DNA from: an uncultured Kordiimonas sp.
GTDB lineage: Bacteria; Pseudomonadota; Alphaproteobacteria; Sphingomonadales; Kordiimonadaceae
Length of the DNA stretch: 64,000 nucleotides
Assembly: GCA_947503575.1 (NCBI GenBank)
Contig: CANNDZ010000003.1
Location: 159,100-223,099, forward strand
Direction: 5' to 3'
Part shown: positions 37,192-47,371 of the stretch, piece after piece
Layout: each line of letters opens with the position of its first letter
Numbering within the stretch: the stretch's first letter is position 1
Notes under the pieces: generated by a model
What the model saw: the letters and a program-made list of their open reading frames with translations, nothing else
What the model was told of the DNA's origin: nothing
Databases searched by the model: none
Translations under genes and position numbers: made by a program

Positions 37192-39051
37192 TTATAGGAC
37201 CACTTCAGGAACCTCTGCCAACTCCACAAGTTTTTCGCGCGCTTGCGAGGCTTCCTGTTGGCGCTGCCACATGGCATGATACATACCACCCAACGCCAAC
37301 AAATGATCATGGGTGCCGCGTTCAACAATGGTGCCCTGGTCCATGACCAATATTTCGTCAGCACCAATAATTGTGGACAAGCGATGCGCTATGACAAGAG
37401 TTGTTCGGTCTTTCGATATCTGATCAAAAGCGGCCTGAATTCCTCGTTCGGTTTGGCTATCTAGTGCAGATGTTGCTTCGTCCAACAGCAATATAGATGG
37501 GTTTTTCAAAATCGTCCGCGCAATAGCAACACGCTGCTTTTCACCGCCTGAAAGCTTTAAGCCCCGTTCACCAACCTGCGTTTCATAGCCGTCTGGCAAT
37601 CCTGAGACAAAATCATGAATTTGCGCGAGTTTTGCCGCTTCAAACACTTCATCCTCGGTCGCTGAAGGACGGCCATACTGTATGTTGTAAAAAATGCTGT
37701 CATTGAAAAGAACCGTATCCTGAGGCACGACACCAATTTGACGGCGCAGGCTTTTTTGCGTGACCTGGGCAATATTCTGGCCATCAATGGTTACCTCACC
37801 AGAGGCAATGTCATAGAAGCGGAACAAAATTCGCGAAATTGTTGACTTTCCAGCCCCGCTTGCCCCGACAATTGCTGTTGTCTTTCCTGCCGGTACATCG
37901 AAGCTGATACCATGAAGAATACGGCGGTCCGGGTTGTATTCAAAGCACACATCTTTAAACGACACCGCCCCCCCTGCAACAGTCAGTTCACGGGCATCAG
38001 GTGTGTCTGCAACATCAGCATCGGTTGCAATCACCTCAAACATTTTTTCCATATCGGTAAGGGATTGCTTGATCTCCCGGTAAACAAAACCAAGGAAGTT
38101 TAGCGGCATATAAATTTGGATCAGAAGACTGTTAACCAGGACAAATTCGCCGATTGTAAATTGACCGTTCACAACACCCCGCGCCGCCATCCACAGAACA
38201 ATAACAAGCCCTAGAGAGATAATAATGCCCTGCCCGACATTCAGCAGCGTTAATGAGAGCTGACTGCGCACAGCAGCAGACTCATATCGCTCCAAGGCAC
38301 TATCATAACGCCCGCTTTCATAGCTTTCATTGGTGAAATATTTTACTGTTTCGTAATTCAGTAAGCTATCAATTGCCTTGGCGTTGGCTTTGGTGTCCTG
38401 CTCATTCATCTCTCGCCTGAATTTCAGTCGCCAATCCGTGATCAGGGTTGTGAAATAAATGTAGGAAACCAGACAAACGAAGGTCACCAACGCGTATAAA
38501 AAGCCAAATTTGACCCAGAAAATTGACGAAATCAGAACAATTTCAAGCAGCGTTGGCAAAATATTAAACAACATAAAACGTAACAAGAAATCGATGCCAC
38601 GCGTGCCGCGTTCAATGATACGGCTTAGCCCGCCAGTTTTACGTTCCATGTGGAACCGCATTGACAGGTTATGCAAATGCCGGAATGTATTAAGCGCAAT
38701 TTGCCGCATCGCATGTTGGCCAACCTTGACAAAAACGGCATCTCTCAGCTCACCGAACAATAAGGTTAGAACGCGCGCAACGCCGTAACCGATGATTAAT
38801 GCGACAGGCACGACCGCAGCCATTTGCAAGGCGTCTATGCCCTGTGTCGGCGTCAAGCTATCGACAGCATCTTTGAATAAAAACGGAACGTAAACGCCTA
38901 GTAGTTTGGCCATTACCAATAACGCCATAGCGCCAATAACCCGAACCCTGAGGTCAAGCCGGCCTGGTGTCCACAAATATGGCAAAAGGCTTTTTACGGT
39001 TTCCCAGTGACGTCGTCCGGCTGGATCGGTGTCTTCGGGTTGGCTGTCCAT
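37192..39051 (-). CDS. atm1: Atm1/HMT1-type ABCB half transporter
   Basis: RFHMERKTGGL, AIDSLLNYETVK, Walker A GASGAGKS, VGERGLKLSGGEKQR, DEATSALD; start uncertain (39051 chosen, track start 39123). Confidence 0.85.
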   Translation of the reverse strand: MDSQPEDTDPAGRRHWETVKSLLPYLWTPGRLDLRVRVIGAMALLVMAKLLGVYVPFLFKDAVDSLTPTQGIDALQMAAVVPVALIIGYGVARVLTLLFGELRDAVFVKVGQHAMRQIALNTFRHLHNLSMRFHMERKTGGLSRIIERGTRGIDFLLRFMLFNILPTLLEIVLISSIFWVKFGFLYALVTFVCLVSYIYFTTLITDWRLKFRREMNEQDTKANAKAIDSLLNYETVKYFTNESYESGRYDSALERYESAAVRSQLSLTLLNVGQGIIISLGLVIVLWMAARGVVNGQFTIGEFVLVNSLLIQIYMPLNFLGFVYREIKQSLTDMEKMFEVIATDADVADTPDARELTVAGGAVSFKDVCFEYNPDRRILHGISFDVPAGKTTAIVGASGAGKSTISRILFRFYDIASGEVTIDGQNIAQVTQKSLRRQIGVVPQDTVLFNDSIFYNIQYGRPSATEDEVFEAAKLAQIHDFVSGLPDGYETQVGERGLKLSGGEKQRVAIARTILKNPSILLLDEATSALDSQTERGIQAAFDQISKDRTTLVIAHRLSTIIGADEILVMDQGTIVERGTHDHLLALGGMYHAMWQRQQEASQAREKLVELAEVPEVVL

Positions 39052-39268
39052 ACTTCTCACGTTTGAGCCTTTCAAAAGCTTGCACAAAGCGGCCATAAAT
39101 AAGGTGCCGGATATTCGTGCCATATATCGCGTGGGGCTTCATCACAAAAGTGCATGACCAGTAAAAATTCGCTTTGCCTTTGAAACTGTTACTCAATGCC
39201 TTAGGCACTTGCAGCCTGACGGGATCAATTGTAGCGTTCGGTCATATGAAAGCCTGAGGCACACGTAC

Positions 39269-39742
39269 ATGAGCGACTATGATGAAATTCTGGTTTCTAT
39301 CCGGCGGATCACCCGGGCGATTGACCTGCAATCGAAAAAACTTGTTAAACAGGCAGGTTTAACGGCTCCTCAGCTTATCATCCTACAGGCGCTGCGTGCC
39401 ACGGGACGCATGTCACCAAGCGCTGTGGCAAAGTCAGTCTCCCTCAGTCAGGCAACAGTTACGTCTATCCTCGACCGGCTGGAAAAAGCAAAACTGGTAA
39501 GGCGCGAACGCTCCACAGAAGACAAGCGTATCGTTTTCGCCTGTCTGACGTCAGATGGACTAAAGCGCCTTGAGGAAGCACCAGAACTGTTGCAATCAGG
39601 CTTTTTGCGCGAATACCGCAAACTGGATGATTGGGAACGGTCCATGATTATCAGCGCCTTCCAGCGTGTCGCAACAATGATGGATGCCGATGACCTGGAT
39701 GCCTCGCCTATTCTGGATGTCGGCGAAATCGGCAAACACTGA
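39269..39742 (+). CDS. MarR regulator of the CosR/EctR type
   Basis: ILVSIRRITRAIDL, SQATVTSILDRLE, MMDADDLDASPIL resemble Vibrio CosR/EctR (from memory); directly upstream of a BCCT gene. Confidence 0.8.
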   Translation: MSDYDEILVSIRRITRAIDLQSKKLVKQAGLTAPQLIILQALRATGRMSPSAVAKSVSLSQATVTSILDRLEKAKLVRRERSTEDKRIVFACLTSDGLKRLEEAPELLQSGFLREYRKLDDWERSMIISAFQRVATMMDADDLDASPILDVGEIGKH

Positions 39743-39898
39743 TCTACACTTGTTCCTTTGAACTCTAATCGTTATGACTGCTGGTTAAACACATGTGGCA
39801 AACTAAGCCGCTGACGTTTGTTACCACTTTCGTGCATTGAATGCAGTGTGGGTTCAATCTTCAGTTGTTTTGAACACAAAGGGTGAGAAACGTAGATT

Positions 39899-41890
39899 AT
39901 GTTTGAACAACAGGTCAGCCAGGAAAGTGAGGCGGCAAAGCCCGGCCTTTTACCACCGGTATTTTTTCCTGCGGCAGGTGTTATTGCTCTTTTGGTTATT
40001 GTCACTCTGGTTGCTGGCGAAAGCGCCGCTGACTTGTTTGCTGGCGTTCAGGCCTGGGTTACCGGCACTATGGGCTGGTTCTACATGCTCGCGGTTACCG
40101 GTTTTTTGGTTTTCTGCCTGTATCTTGCGTTCAGCCGCTCCGGCGAAATCAAATTAGGCCCCAACGAGTCTGAGCCCGACTATAGTTTTCTATCATGGTT
40201 TGCCATGCTGTTTTCGGCAGGCATTGGTATCGGCTTGCTGTTTTTTGGCGTCGCGGAGCCGATCACGCATTTCCTAACACCTCCGGATGCCGACCCGCGC
40301 TCCGTTGAAGCCGCGAAACAAGCTATGCAGATCACCTTTTTTCATTGGGGCATTAACGGTTGGGCGGTTTATGCGATAGTGGGCCTGATCCTGGCGTATT
40401 TCAGTTATCGCCATAATCTTCCCCTAACCATTCGCTCTGCTTTGTACCCGCTGATCGGCGACAAAATACACGGCCCGATTGGTCACGTTGTAGACGTGCT
40501 TGCTGTGGTTGGCACGCTGTTTGGTGTTGCAACATCGCTGGGGTTTGGTGTCGCCCAGATCAATGCCGGATTAAACCATTTGTTCGATGTCCCACTGGAT
40601 ACAACAACTCAGGTCGTTTTGATCACGCTGATTACGGGGTTTGCGACGATATCGGTGGTTTCCGGCCTGGATGCTGGCATCAAAAAGCTTTCGGAACTCA
40701 ACATGATTTTGGCTGGGTTGCTTTTGCTGTTTGTCATCATTTTGGGCCCAACTCTTTTGTTTCTAAACAGCTTTGTCGAAAACATTGGCCTGTACCTTGA
40801 GACCTTGGTTGCGCGTAGTTTTCGCCTGTATGCATACGAAGATAGTAAGGAATGGCTTAGTAGTTGGACACTGTTCTACTGGGGCTGGTGGATCAGCTGG
40901 TCGCCCTTTGTGGGTATCTTTATTGCCCGCATTTCACGCGGTCGCACAATCCGGGAATTTATACTCGGTGTTCTGCTGGTTCCCACGACCTTTACATTCA
41001 TTTGGATGACAGCGTTTGGTAACGGTGCGCTGGCGCATGAGCTTGCAGGCACAGGGTCGCAGATAGCCGCCACAATTGAAAACAACCTACCGCTTGGCAT
41101 TTTCGCATTTTTGGAAACGCTACCCTTCTCTAGCCTTGTCTCCTTCATAACGATCATTTTAATTGTGACGTTCTTTGTCACATCGTCTGACTCCGGGTCA
41201 CTGGTTATCGATACCATTACATCTGGCGGGCATATCAACTCCCCTGTTTGGCAACGGGTCTTCTGGGCGATAACTCAGGGTGTTGTAGCAGCCGTGCTTA
41301 TGCTTGGTGGTGGCTTGGCTGCGCTTCAAAGTGCCACCATTACAACTGCCCTGCCCTTCACTTTTGTAATTATTTTTGCTTGTCTTGGCCTTTTAAAGGG
41401 TTTGCGCATGGAGATGGCAAAGTCGCAAAGCGCTGCATCGGCACCCGATATCATTATCAATGGCCAGGGTGCCAGCTGGAAGCAACGACTGAACGCGCTT
41501 TTGTCATATCCAAGCAAAAGCCAAATGACCCAGTTTATGGAAGACGTGGTCCGCCCTGCTCTTCAGAAAGTCGCCGATGAAATTGAACTTGGTGACAATG
41601 AAGTCAGGGTAGAAGTAACCGAAAAAGACACTCAGCTAAGGATAATGCACGGTGATGAAACAGACTTTTTATATTCCGTGCATGTTGCAGGGCTCCTGAA
41701 ACCGGATTTCGCGCATGCGCCCTCGGACCTCGACTCAAAAGAGAAGCCGCGTTTCTATCGGGCAGAGGTTCATTTGCTCGAAGGAAGCCAAAACTATGAT
41801 GTTTACGGTTTTTCTCAGGAAGAATTGCTGCAGGATATTCTGTGCCAATACAATAAACATATCCATTTCCTGAACCTGGCCAGAGCCTGA
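39899..41890 (+). CDS. betT: BetT-like choline/glycine betaine BCCT transporter with long C-terminal domain
   Basis: FSAGIGIGL, FYWGWWISWSPFVG, TSSDSG, cytoplasmic C-terminus SWKQRL...YRAEVHL. Confidence 0.8.
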   Translation: MFEQQVSQESEAAKPGLLPPVFFPAAGVIALLVIVTLVAGESAADLFAGVQAWVTGTMGWFYMLAVTGFLVFCLYLAFSRSGEIKLGPNESEPDYSFLSWFAMLFSAGIGIGLLFFGVAEPITHFLTPPDADPRSVEAAKQAMQITFFHWGINGWAVYAIVGLILAYFSYRHNLPLTIRSALYPLIGDKIHGPIGHVVDVLAVVGTLFGVATSLGFGVAQINAGLNHLFDVPLDTTTQVVLITLITGFATISVVSGLDAGIKKLSELNMILAGLLLLFVIILGPTLLFLNSFVENIGLYLETLVARSFRLYAYEDSKEWLSSWTLFYWGWWISWSPFVGIFIARISRGRTIREFILGVLLVPTTFTFIWMTAFGNGALAHELAGTGSQIAATIENNLPLGIFAFLETLPFSSLVSFITIILIVTFFVTSSDSGSLVIDTITSGGHINSPVWQRVFWAITQGVVAAVLMLGGGLAALQSATITTALPFTFVIIFACLGLLKGLRMEMAKSQSAASAPDIIINGQGASWKQRLNALLSYPSKSQMTQFMEDVVRPALQKVADEIELGDNEVRVEVTEKDTQLRIMHGDETDFLYSVHVAGLLKPDFAHAPSDLDSKEKPRFYRAEVHLLEGSQNYDVYGFSQEELLQDILCQYNKHIHFLNLARA

Positions 41891-41925
41891 ATCCGATGCA
41901 TGTCAGAGCTTAAAAAGGGTGATAA

Positions 41926-42267
41926 ATGGAAACGACGATTGAGTGGGATGATTTCCAGCGCATTGATATGCGGGTGGGCACCATTGTTTCTGCGGAGACT
42001 TTCGCCAAAGCACGCAAGCCCGCCTATATTCTTCAAATAGACTTTGGCCCGGATATCGGCACCTTAAAATCGAGTGCTCAAATCACAGACCTCTACACAT
42101 CCGATAGTCTTTTGGGCAAACAGGTTATGGGTGTGGTGAATTTCCCGAAAAAACAGGTTGGGCCGATTATGTCTGAATGTTTGATCACCGGCTTCGTGTA
42201 TGATGATGGCACCGTAATACTTGCGGTACCCGACAAACCAGCAAAAAATGGGACGCGACTGGCTTAA
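41926..42267 (+). CDS. csaA: tRNA-binding/secretion chaperone CsaA
   Basis: DMRVGTI, KSSAQIT, VVNFPKKQVG, SECLITG. Confidence 0.88.
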   Translation: METTIEWDDFQRIDMRVGTIVSAETFAKARKPAYILQIDFGPDIGTLKSSAQITDLYTSDSLLGKQVMGVVNFPKKQVGPIMSECLITGFVYDDGTVILAVPDKPAKNGTRLA

Positions 42268-42275
42268 ACAAACTT

Positions 42276-44291
42276 CTATGCCGCTGACCCCAACGCATCA
42301 ACAAGCGGACTAAGCCAGGGCTCATAAGGCTTCCATTGTGCAAGGCCCTTGGTATTAATTTTTTCTCTTACCTGTTCGGAACTCGCGGTGCGAACAGCTC
42401 GATCTGTTTTGTGAAAGTTCAAGCAAGCGTGTTCAAAAGGCAGACCGCAATAATCGAGAAGTTGCCGCACCTGCCCCTCTAAATCTGCAACCACATCTTC
42501 ATATTGCACGCGGAGTATTTTACCTGGCAGGACCTGGTCCCAATGGTTCATAAGGTCCACATATCCGGCGTAATAGCGACCGACTTCCTGGAGGCCGTAT
42601 GTGAACTCCTGCCCCTCCGCAAACAATTGTTTAAAACCGCTGAAACAGCAATCCATTGGATTGCGCCGAGCGTCGATGATTTTTGCGTTCGGCAGAATGA
42701 GACTGATGAGTCCGATATGTCGGAAATTGTTCGGCATTTTATCAATGAAGAAAGGCGCACCGGCGCGGTGCATGCGTGTATCTTCAATATATTGTTTGCC
42801 GTATTCCTCTAGTTGTTCAGGGCCGAGGTGTGTCAGGCCATATGGGTAGCCCTCAGGCGCATCGATTTTCTGCCGCCCCCGCAATCTGTGCGTCAGTGAA
42901 ATAATATTCGGCAGCTCAAGCGTGCCATCCACCTTGCTATGAGACGCCAAAATCTGTTCGAGAAGAGTAGACCCAGCGCGCGGAAGCCCTACGATAAAGA
43001 TCGGATCCGATGCCCGGTGCCCCACGCCTTCAAAGCGGTCAAAAAATGATTTGGTGCAAACGGCTTTCTGTGCAGCAAATTCTTCATCCATCTGGTCAGC
43101 ATCATAACGGCTTTGTTGCCGTTTATATCTATTGCCACGGTCGTAATAGGCAAAGGCCTGCTCATAATCGCCGTGATCGTCATAAGACTTACCAAGAGCA
43201 AAGCACAGTTGGATGCGGGTTGCCTGACTGATGTGTGATGCTTCGACCAACTTAACCATCGCCGCATGTTCATTTTCTGGAAATCGATACGTCTTAAGGT
43301 TAGCGAGCGCGTGATAGGCATCCCCGTGCCCTGGAGTTGCGGCAATAGCCGCCCGGTAGGAAGAAATAGCTTCTTCCTGCTGGCCAATCGTTTTGAGAAC
43401 ATGCCCGCGAGACGTCAGCGTAGCCGGGTCTTTCGGTAAAGCCTCTAGAACCTTGTCAAACATATCGAGCGCAGTCTCAAGGTGATTGGCTTGCAGACAT
43501 TCAATGGCATAATGCGACTGGAAGACCGGATTATCTGGATCGTTCTCCAGTAGGGTTTTTGCCTGCTTAAGGGCTTGTTGGTATTTCTGGCGTTTCCTAA
43601 GGACCGCAATATGGTCGAGCCGAACCTGGATATTGTCGGGCGCAAATTCTGTGGCACTTTCGAGTAGAAAATCGGCTTCTTCCATTGCCCCTAAACGACA
43701 CCCGATATCGGCAAGCAGCCGCATGGCCTCAACATGGTGTGGGTTAGCCTGCAGAAACTTGCGGCACAGGTTTTCGGCTTTCAAAAGCTTGTGTTCATGA
43801 ATGAAATTACTAACAGCCAGCAATTCTTTTGGTAACGCGGCAAGGCGACTGGCCTGCGCCTGTGCTTGGGAAGCCTCAGCCGCACGTCCCGCTTCAGCCA
43901 ATAGTTTTGCCTGAGTTCGCCAGCTTGCCTCCAGCGCAGGATTGGCATTGCACGCCAACCTAAAAGCGGCCAAAGCCTCGGCTTGGCGACCTTGAGCGTT
44001 TAATAAGTGGCCATGTTCCTGGTGTGCTCGTCCGAAGTCCGGGTCTTCATTCAGAAGGGTCGAGAGCGTATTAGAAGCATCGTCAACCCTATTAAGGTAG
44101 CGGCAGGCAACAGCCTTTATATAAAGCGCTTCTGGATGAAAAACCTGGGCACCAAGTATGGTTTCCACGGCTTCCAGCGCACCCTCGACAGAACCTTGAT
44201 AAAGCTTTTTCTGCGCATCCCGCAGAAACAAAGCGACTTGTTTCTCGTCCACCGGTTTTTCAACACCTCTATTGGAAAAGGCGCCAACCAT
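42276..44291 (-). CDS. TPR-repeat sulfotransferase
   Basis: N-terminal TPR helices; 5'PSB PIFIVGLPRAGSTLLEQIL, FIDKMPNNF, RRNPMDCCFS, VRTASSEQVR; no signal peptide. Confidence 0.92.
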   Translation of the reverse strand: MVGAFSNRGVEKPVDEKQVALFLRDAQKKLYQGSVEGALEAVETILGAQVFHPEALYIKAVACRYLNRVDDASNTLSTLLNEDPDFGRAHQEHGHLLNAQGRQAEALAAFRLACNANPALEASWRTQAKLLAEAGRAAEASQAQAQASRLAALPKELLAVSNFIHEHKLLKAENLCRKFLQANPHHVEAMRLLADIGCRLGAMEEADFLLESATEFAPDNIQVRLDHIAVLRKRQKYQQALKQAKTLLENDPDNPVFQSHYAIECLQANHLETALDMFDKVLEALPKDPATLTSRGHVLKTIGQQEEAISSYRAAIAATPGHGDAYHALANLKTYRFPENEHAAMVKLVEASHISQATRIQLCFALGKSYDDHGDYEQAFAYYDRGNRYKRQQSRYDADQMDEEFAAQKAVCTKSFFDRFEGVGHRASDPIFIVGLPRAGSTLLEQILASHSKVDGTLELPNIISLTHRLRGRQKIDAPEGYPYGLTHLGPEQLEEYGKQYIEDTRMHRAGAPFFIDKMPNNFRHIGLISLILPNAKIIDARRNPMDCCFSGFKQLFAEGQEFTYGLQEVGRYYAGYVDLMNHWDQVLPGKILRVQYEDVVADLEGQVRQLLDYCGLPFEHACLNFHKTDRAVRTASSEQVREKINTKGLAQWKPYEPWLSPLVDALGSAA

Positions 44292-44329
44292 GCGACGCCT
44301 TTTCTATTTATTTAGGATATATTAGGCGG

Positions 44330-46858
44330 CTAATAGTCGACTGAGAAGCGTAAACCGAATGTTCGCGGCCGGTTTATCGTAATCCGCTCCCTGTCAAAAA
44401 TCAGGTTGTTGTTAAGCTGTGCGCGCTCATCGGTAAGGTTTTCGCCGAAAACCTCTACTGACCAATTCTCCTTGCGCACACCAACCGCAAGCCCAAGAAG
44501 CAGATAGTCTTCCTGCTCCGCACGGTTGATCAAAACAATGTCACTGAATGACGCCCCTGAATAAGCGAGTGTTGGTTGAATATGGGCTTCAAAGTCCTCA
44601 TTTACGCTCCACTCGTAGCGCGCGCGCAGGTTACCTTGGAAGGACGGTGCGTAAGACAGGTCTTCACCGGGCTGCGCAATCGCCACACTGGCACCAACCA
44701 ACTCGGTTACTTCAGTATCCAAAAGCGAGAAAGCACCCATAATCTGCAAACCAGGTACCGTTTGCGGTGCCCACGTGATGTCCCCTTCGATACCCCTGAT
44801 TTCTGCATTCGCTGCGTTATCAGAGAAGAACAGATTGGTGATCGTTGGGTCAAAGATCGTTGTCTGCAAATCCTTAATTTCTACAAAGAACGCATTACCA
44901 TTGAAGCGCACAGAATTGTCAAAAAGGTCCAGTTTCCAGCCTAACTCATAATTAGTGACTTCGTCCGTGCGCACCACAGCTGGCACAGCACCGCCACCCG
45001 CGCCAGCAGGCCGGTTTGGCAACCCGGGGCGGAACCCTTCGGAATAGGTAAAGTAAATCAGGGTATTCTCATTTGGGGTCCAGGAAACGTTGCCCTTAAA
45101 GACGAACCCTTCTGCCTCAGCGCCACGCGGCACAGGCACGCCGTTGATAACCTGTGTGCCATCAAACTGTGTATCCAGATTGGTGCCGAAAGCATTTACG
45201 TCTTCCCCACCGAAGTTAAAGAAGCTGGAATTGGCACTGCCCCTTAACCGCACATCGACATCATGCCAGCGCACACCACCTGTCACAGCCAGTTTTTCAG
45301 GAATAAGGTCGTAAGTCACCTCGCCGAAGAAGCCGAGCTGTTTGTCGGTACGCGTGATATCGTTAAAGAAAATTACACCAAGAGGGCGTGGGTTCGGATC
45401 GCTGACGCTAGATCCGGGCAGCGGCCCATTTTGAGGCCAGCCAAAAACACCCGGTGTGAAACTTTCAGCAAACTGGGATCCAGGATAGGTGAAATCGTTC
45501 CGCTCAACCAATTCCTGGTCACTGTAGAAACCACCAAAGGTAGCACGCAAACGATTTTCTGCTGGCGTAGTGAAGCGCAACTCATGCGTAAACACTTCGG
45601 TTTCAGTTTCACTGGCCACAAACAGATTTGGTGCCTGACATGTACCGCTTGGCGCAGCATCACCCGGATACGTAACCGATGCGTCACAGATATAGTATGG
45701 CAGATATTGACCAACAAACAGATAGTCGGTGTAATCCACTGTCTGGTCAGTGTCCCGGTTCAGGAAAGCGCCTGTATAGACCATATCAAGCGCGCCAATA
45801 CGGCCTTCCAGTGTCCAGGCCGTGTTGTCGAAATCATCGACAACCTCATCACGGGAATATCGCTGAACCGACAAATCATCTGGGTCATCCAGTTCCGGAT
45901 CAAAGAAAAACACGCCGTCGCTGTCAATGCGCTGACGAGTGTGACTTGCAGTAAAGGTCCAGTCTTCGTTGATGTCGTAGGTCGAGCTAACACGGAAACC
46001 TGTATAGGAAGCATCGTTAAAGTCTTCCTCAACGATTTCCTGATTGTTTGCCGGTAAGAAGTTGACACCTGAGAGGTCCGCTCCTGCTTGAAAGCCGTCC
46101 GACGTCGGCACACCGTTTGGTCGCGGTGTTGAAGAAGCAAAGCGCGCGCTTTCAGCCGCTGTGATTGTGCCCGCTACATTGTCAATGTAACCGCCCTGAT
46201 TGTCGGCGTAAAAAACACCGCGCACAGCCCACTTCCCGTCAATAATCGGGTAGTTGATCATAGCTTCGACTTTTTCGCTCATTTCACCGTTTTTGGTGAA
46301 AGACACACCGCCAGCAACGCGCGCTTCAAATTCGTTCATGTTGGGACGATTGGTGATTAGCCGGATTGTGCCGGCCTGTGAGCTGGCACCAAATAGGGTT
46401 CCTTGCGAGCCGGGCAGCACCTCGATACGGTTAAGATCGGCAGCATAAACATCAAGGTTGCGCCCCACCTGCGTCACTGGCTGTTCGTCAAGGTAAAGTG
46501 CCACGTTCGGAGCAAGCCCGGCAACACCCGCCGTCGTCAGGTTGGGCGTGGTGGAAGCTAGACCACGAATGTAGATGGTGCCCTGACCAGGACCGCTGCC
46601 GCCCGCTGAAACGCCCGGCAACTGCAAAAGATAATCAGTGAAAACGTCGACATCTGTCTGCTCAAGTGTCGTGAAGCCAAGCGCCTGAACGGCGACCGGA
46701 ATATCCTGAGTGCTTTCCGCCCGCTTAGTCGCGGTGACTGTTATTTCCTCAATCCCGGTCGCCTTTTCAGCGTCTTGCGCGATTGCGCCGCTTGCAGCGG
46801 CAATCCACATTGGAGTCGAGGCCATCAAGCCCACTTTTAAAGAGGTCTTCCCAAACAT
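44330..46858 (-). CDS. TonB-dependent receptor
   Basis: TonB box IEEITVTA, IYIRG, EVLPGSQGTLFG, terminal RPRTFGLRFSVDY; ATG at 46858 with AGGAG RBS. Confidence 0.93.
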   Translation of the reverse strand: MFGKTSLKVGLMASTPMWIAAASGAIAQDAEKATGIEEITVTATKRAESTQDIPVAVQALGFTTLEQTDVDVFTDYLLQLPGVSAGGSGPGQGTIYIRGLASTTPNLTTAGVAGLAPNVALYLDEQPVTQVGRNLDVYAADLNRIEVLPGSQGTLFGASSQAGTIRLITNRPNMNEFEARVAGGVSFTKNGEMSEKVEAMINYPIIDGKWAVRGVFYADNQGGYIDNVAGTITAAESARFASSTPRPNGVPTSDGFQAGADLSGVNFLPANNQEIVEEDFNDASYTGFRVSSTYDINEDWTFTASHTRQRIDSDGVFFFDPELDDPDDLSVQRYSRDEVVDDFDNTAWTLEGRIGALDMVYTGAFLNRDTDQTVDYTDYLFVGQYLPYYICDASVTYPGDAAPSGTCQAPNLFVASETETEVFTHELRFTTPAENRLRATFGGFYSDQELVERNDFTYPGSQFAESFTPGVFGWPQNGPLPGSSVSDPNPRPLGVIFFNDITRTDKQLGFFGEVTYDLIPEKLAVTGGVRWHDVDVRLRGSANSSFFNFGGEDVNAFGTNLDTQFDGTQVINGVPVPRGAEAEGFVFKGNVSWTPNENTLIYFTYSEGFRPGLPNRPAGAGGGAVPAVVRTDEVTNYELGWKLDLFDNSVRFNGNAFFVEIKDLQTTIFDPTITNLFFSDNAANAEIRGIEGDITWAPQTVPGLQIMGAFSLLDTEVTELVGASVAIAQPGEDLSYAPSFQGNLRARYEWSVNEDFEAHIQPTLAYSGASFSDIVLINRAEQEDYLLLGLAVGVRKENWSVEVFGENLTDERAQLNNNLIFDRERITINRPRTFGLRFSVDY

Positions 46859-47307
46859 GTTTAAAGCATCTCCTGAGTAATGTTTTTTGGTCCAAAGCCG
46901 TGAAACAAAAGACTTCGGTGGCGAATATGCCAAATTGGACCACCTTTGTTTGGCGACCATAATTATTTGAATTGAAAGCTTCTCTAACAAACCGGTTGAT
47001 AACCTGTACATGGAAAATCTTGTTTTTACGAGGCATTGCAACAACAATGGCCATCAAGTGTTGCAAATAATCTATAGAATTCAAATTACTTGCCGCATCG
47101 CTTTCCCTGCCGACAAATCCATCGAACATAGTAAGCGTCCAGGTATTTCTTGAGCAGTACCGCTTATTCGTTTGCCTAAAGACCAGTTAATAGCCCGCGA
47201 TAATTTTAGGCTAGTAGGCACTGTAGGGATGGTAGTATCAGGGCAGCGCTCAGCGCCTCGTGACAAATGGAGCTTCAGACGAGTAATCGATAGTATCGAA
47301 CTGAGAC

Positions 47308-47339
47308 AAAAAATGGGAGAGCCTGCGAAGCTCTCCCAT
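47308..47339 (-). terminator. Intrinsic terminator after the upstream TBDR
   Basis: Minus strand ATGGGAGAGC-TTCGCAG-GCTCTCCCAT-TTTTT. Confidence 0.85.
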
Positions 47340-47371
47340 CCAATAGTTGGGCCGCTTACTAAGCTAGCAGC

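Noticed and set aside
46859-47307. Search for a RiPP or sulfopeptide precursor or riboswitch between the two TBDRs
   Set aside because: No small ORF with an RBS and Tyr/acidic core, and no recognisable riboswitch consensus
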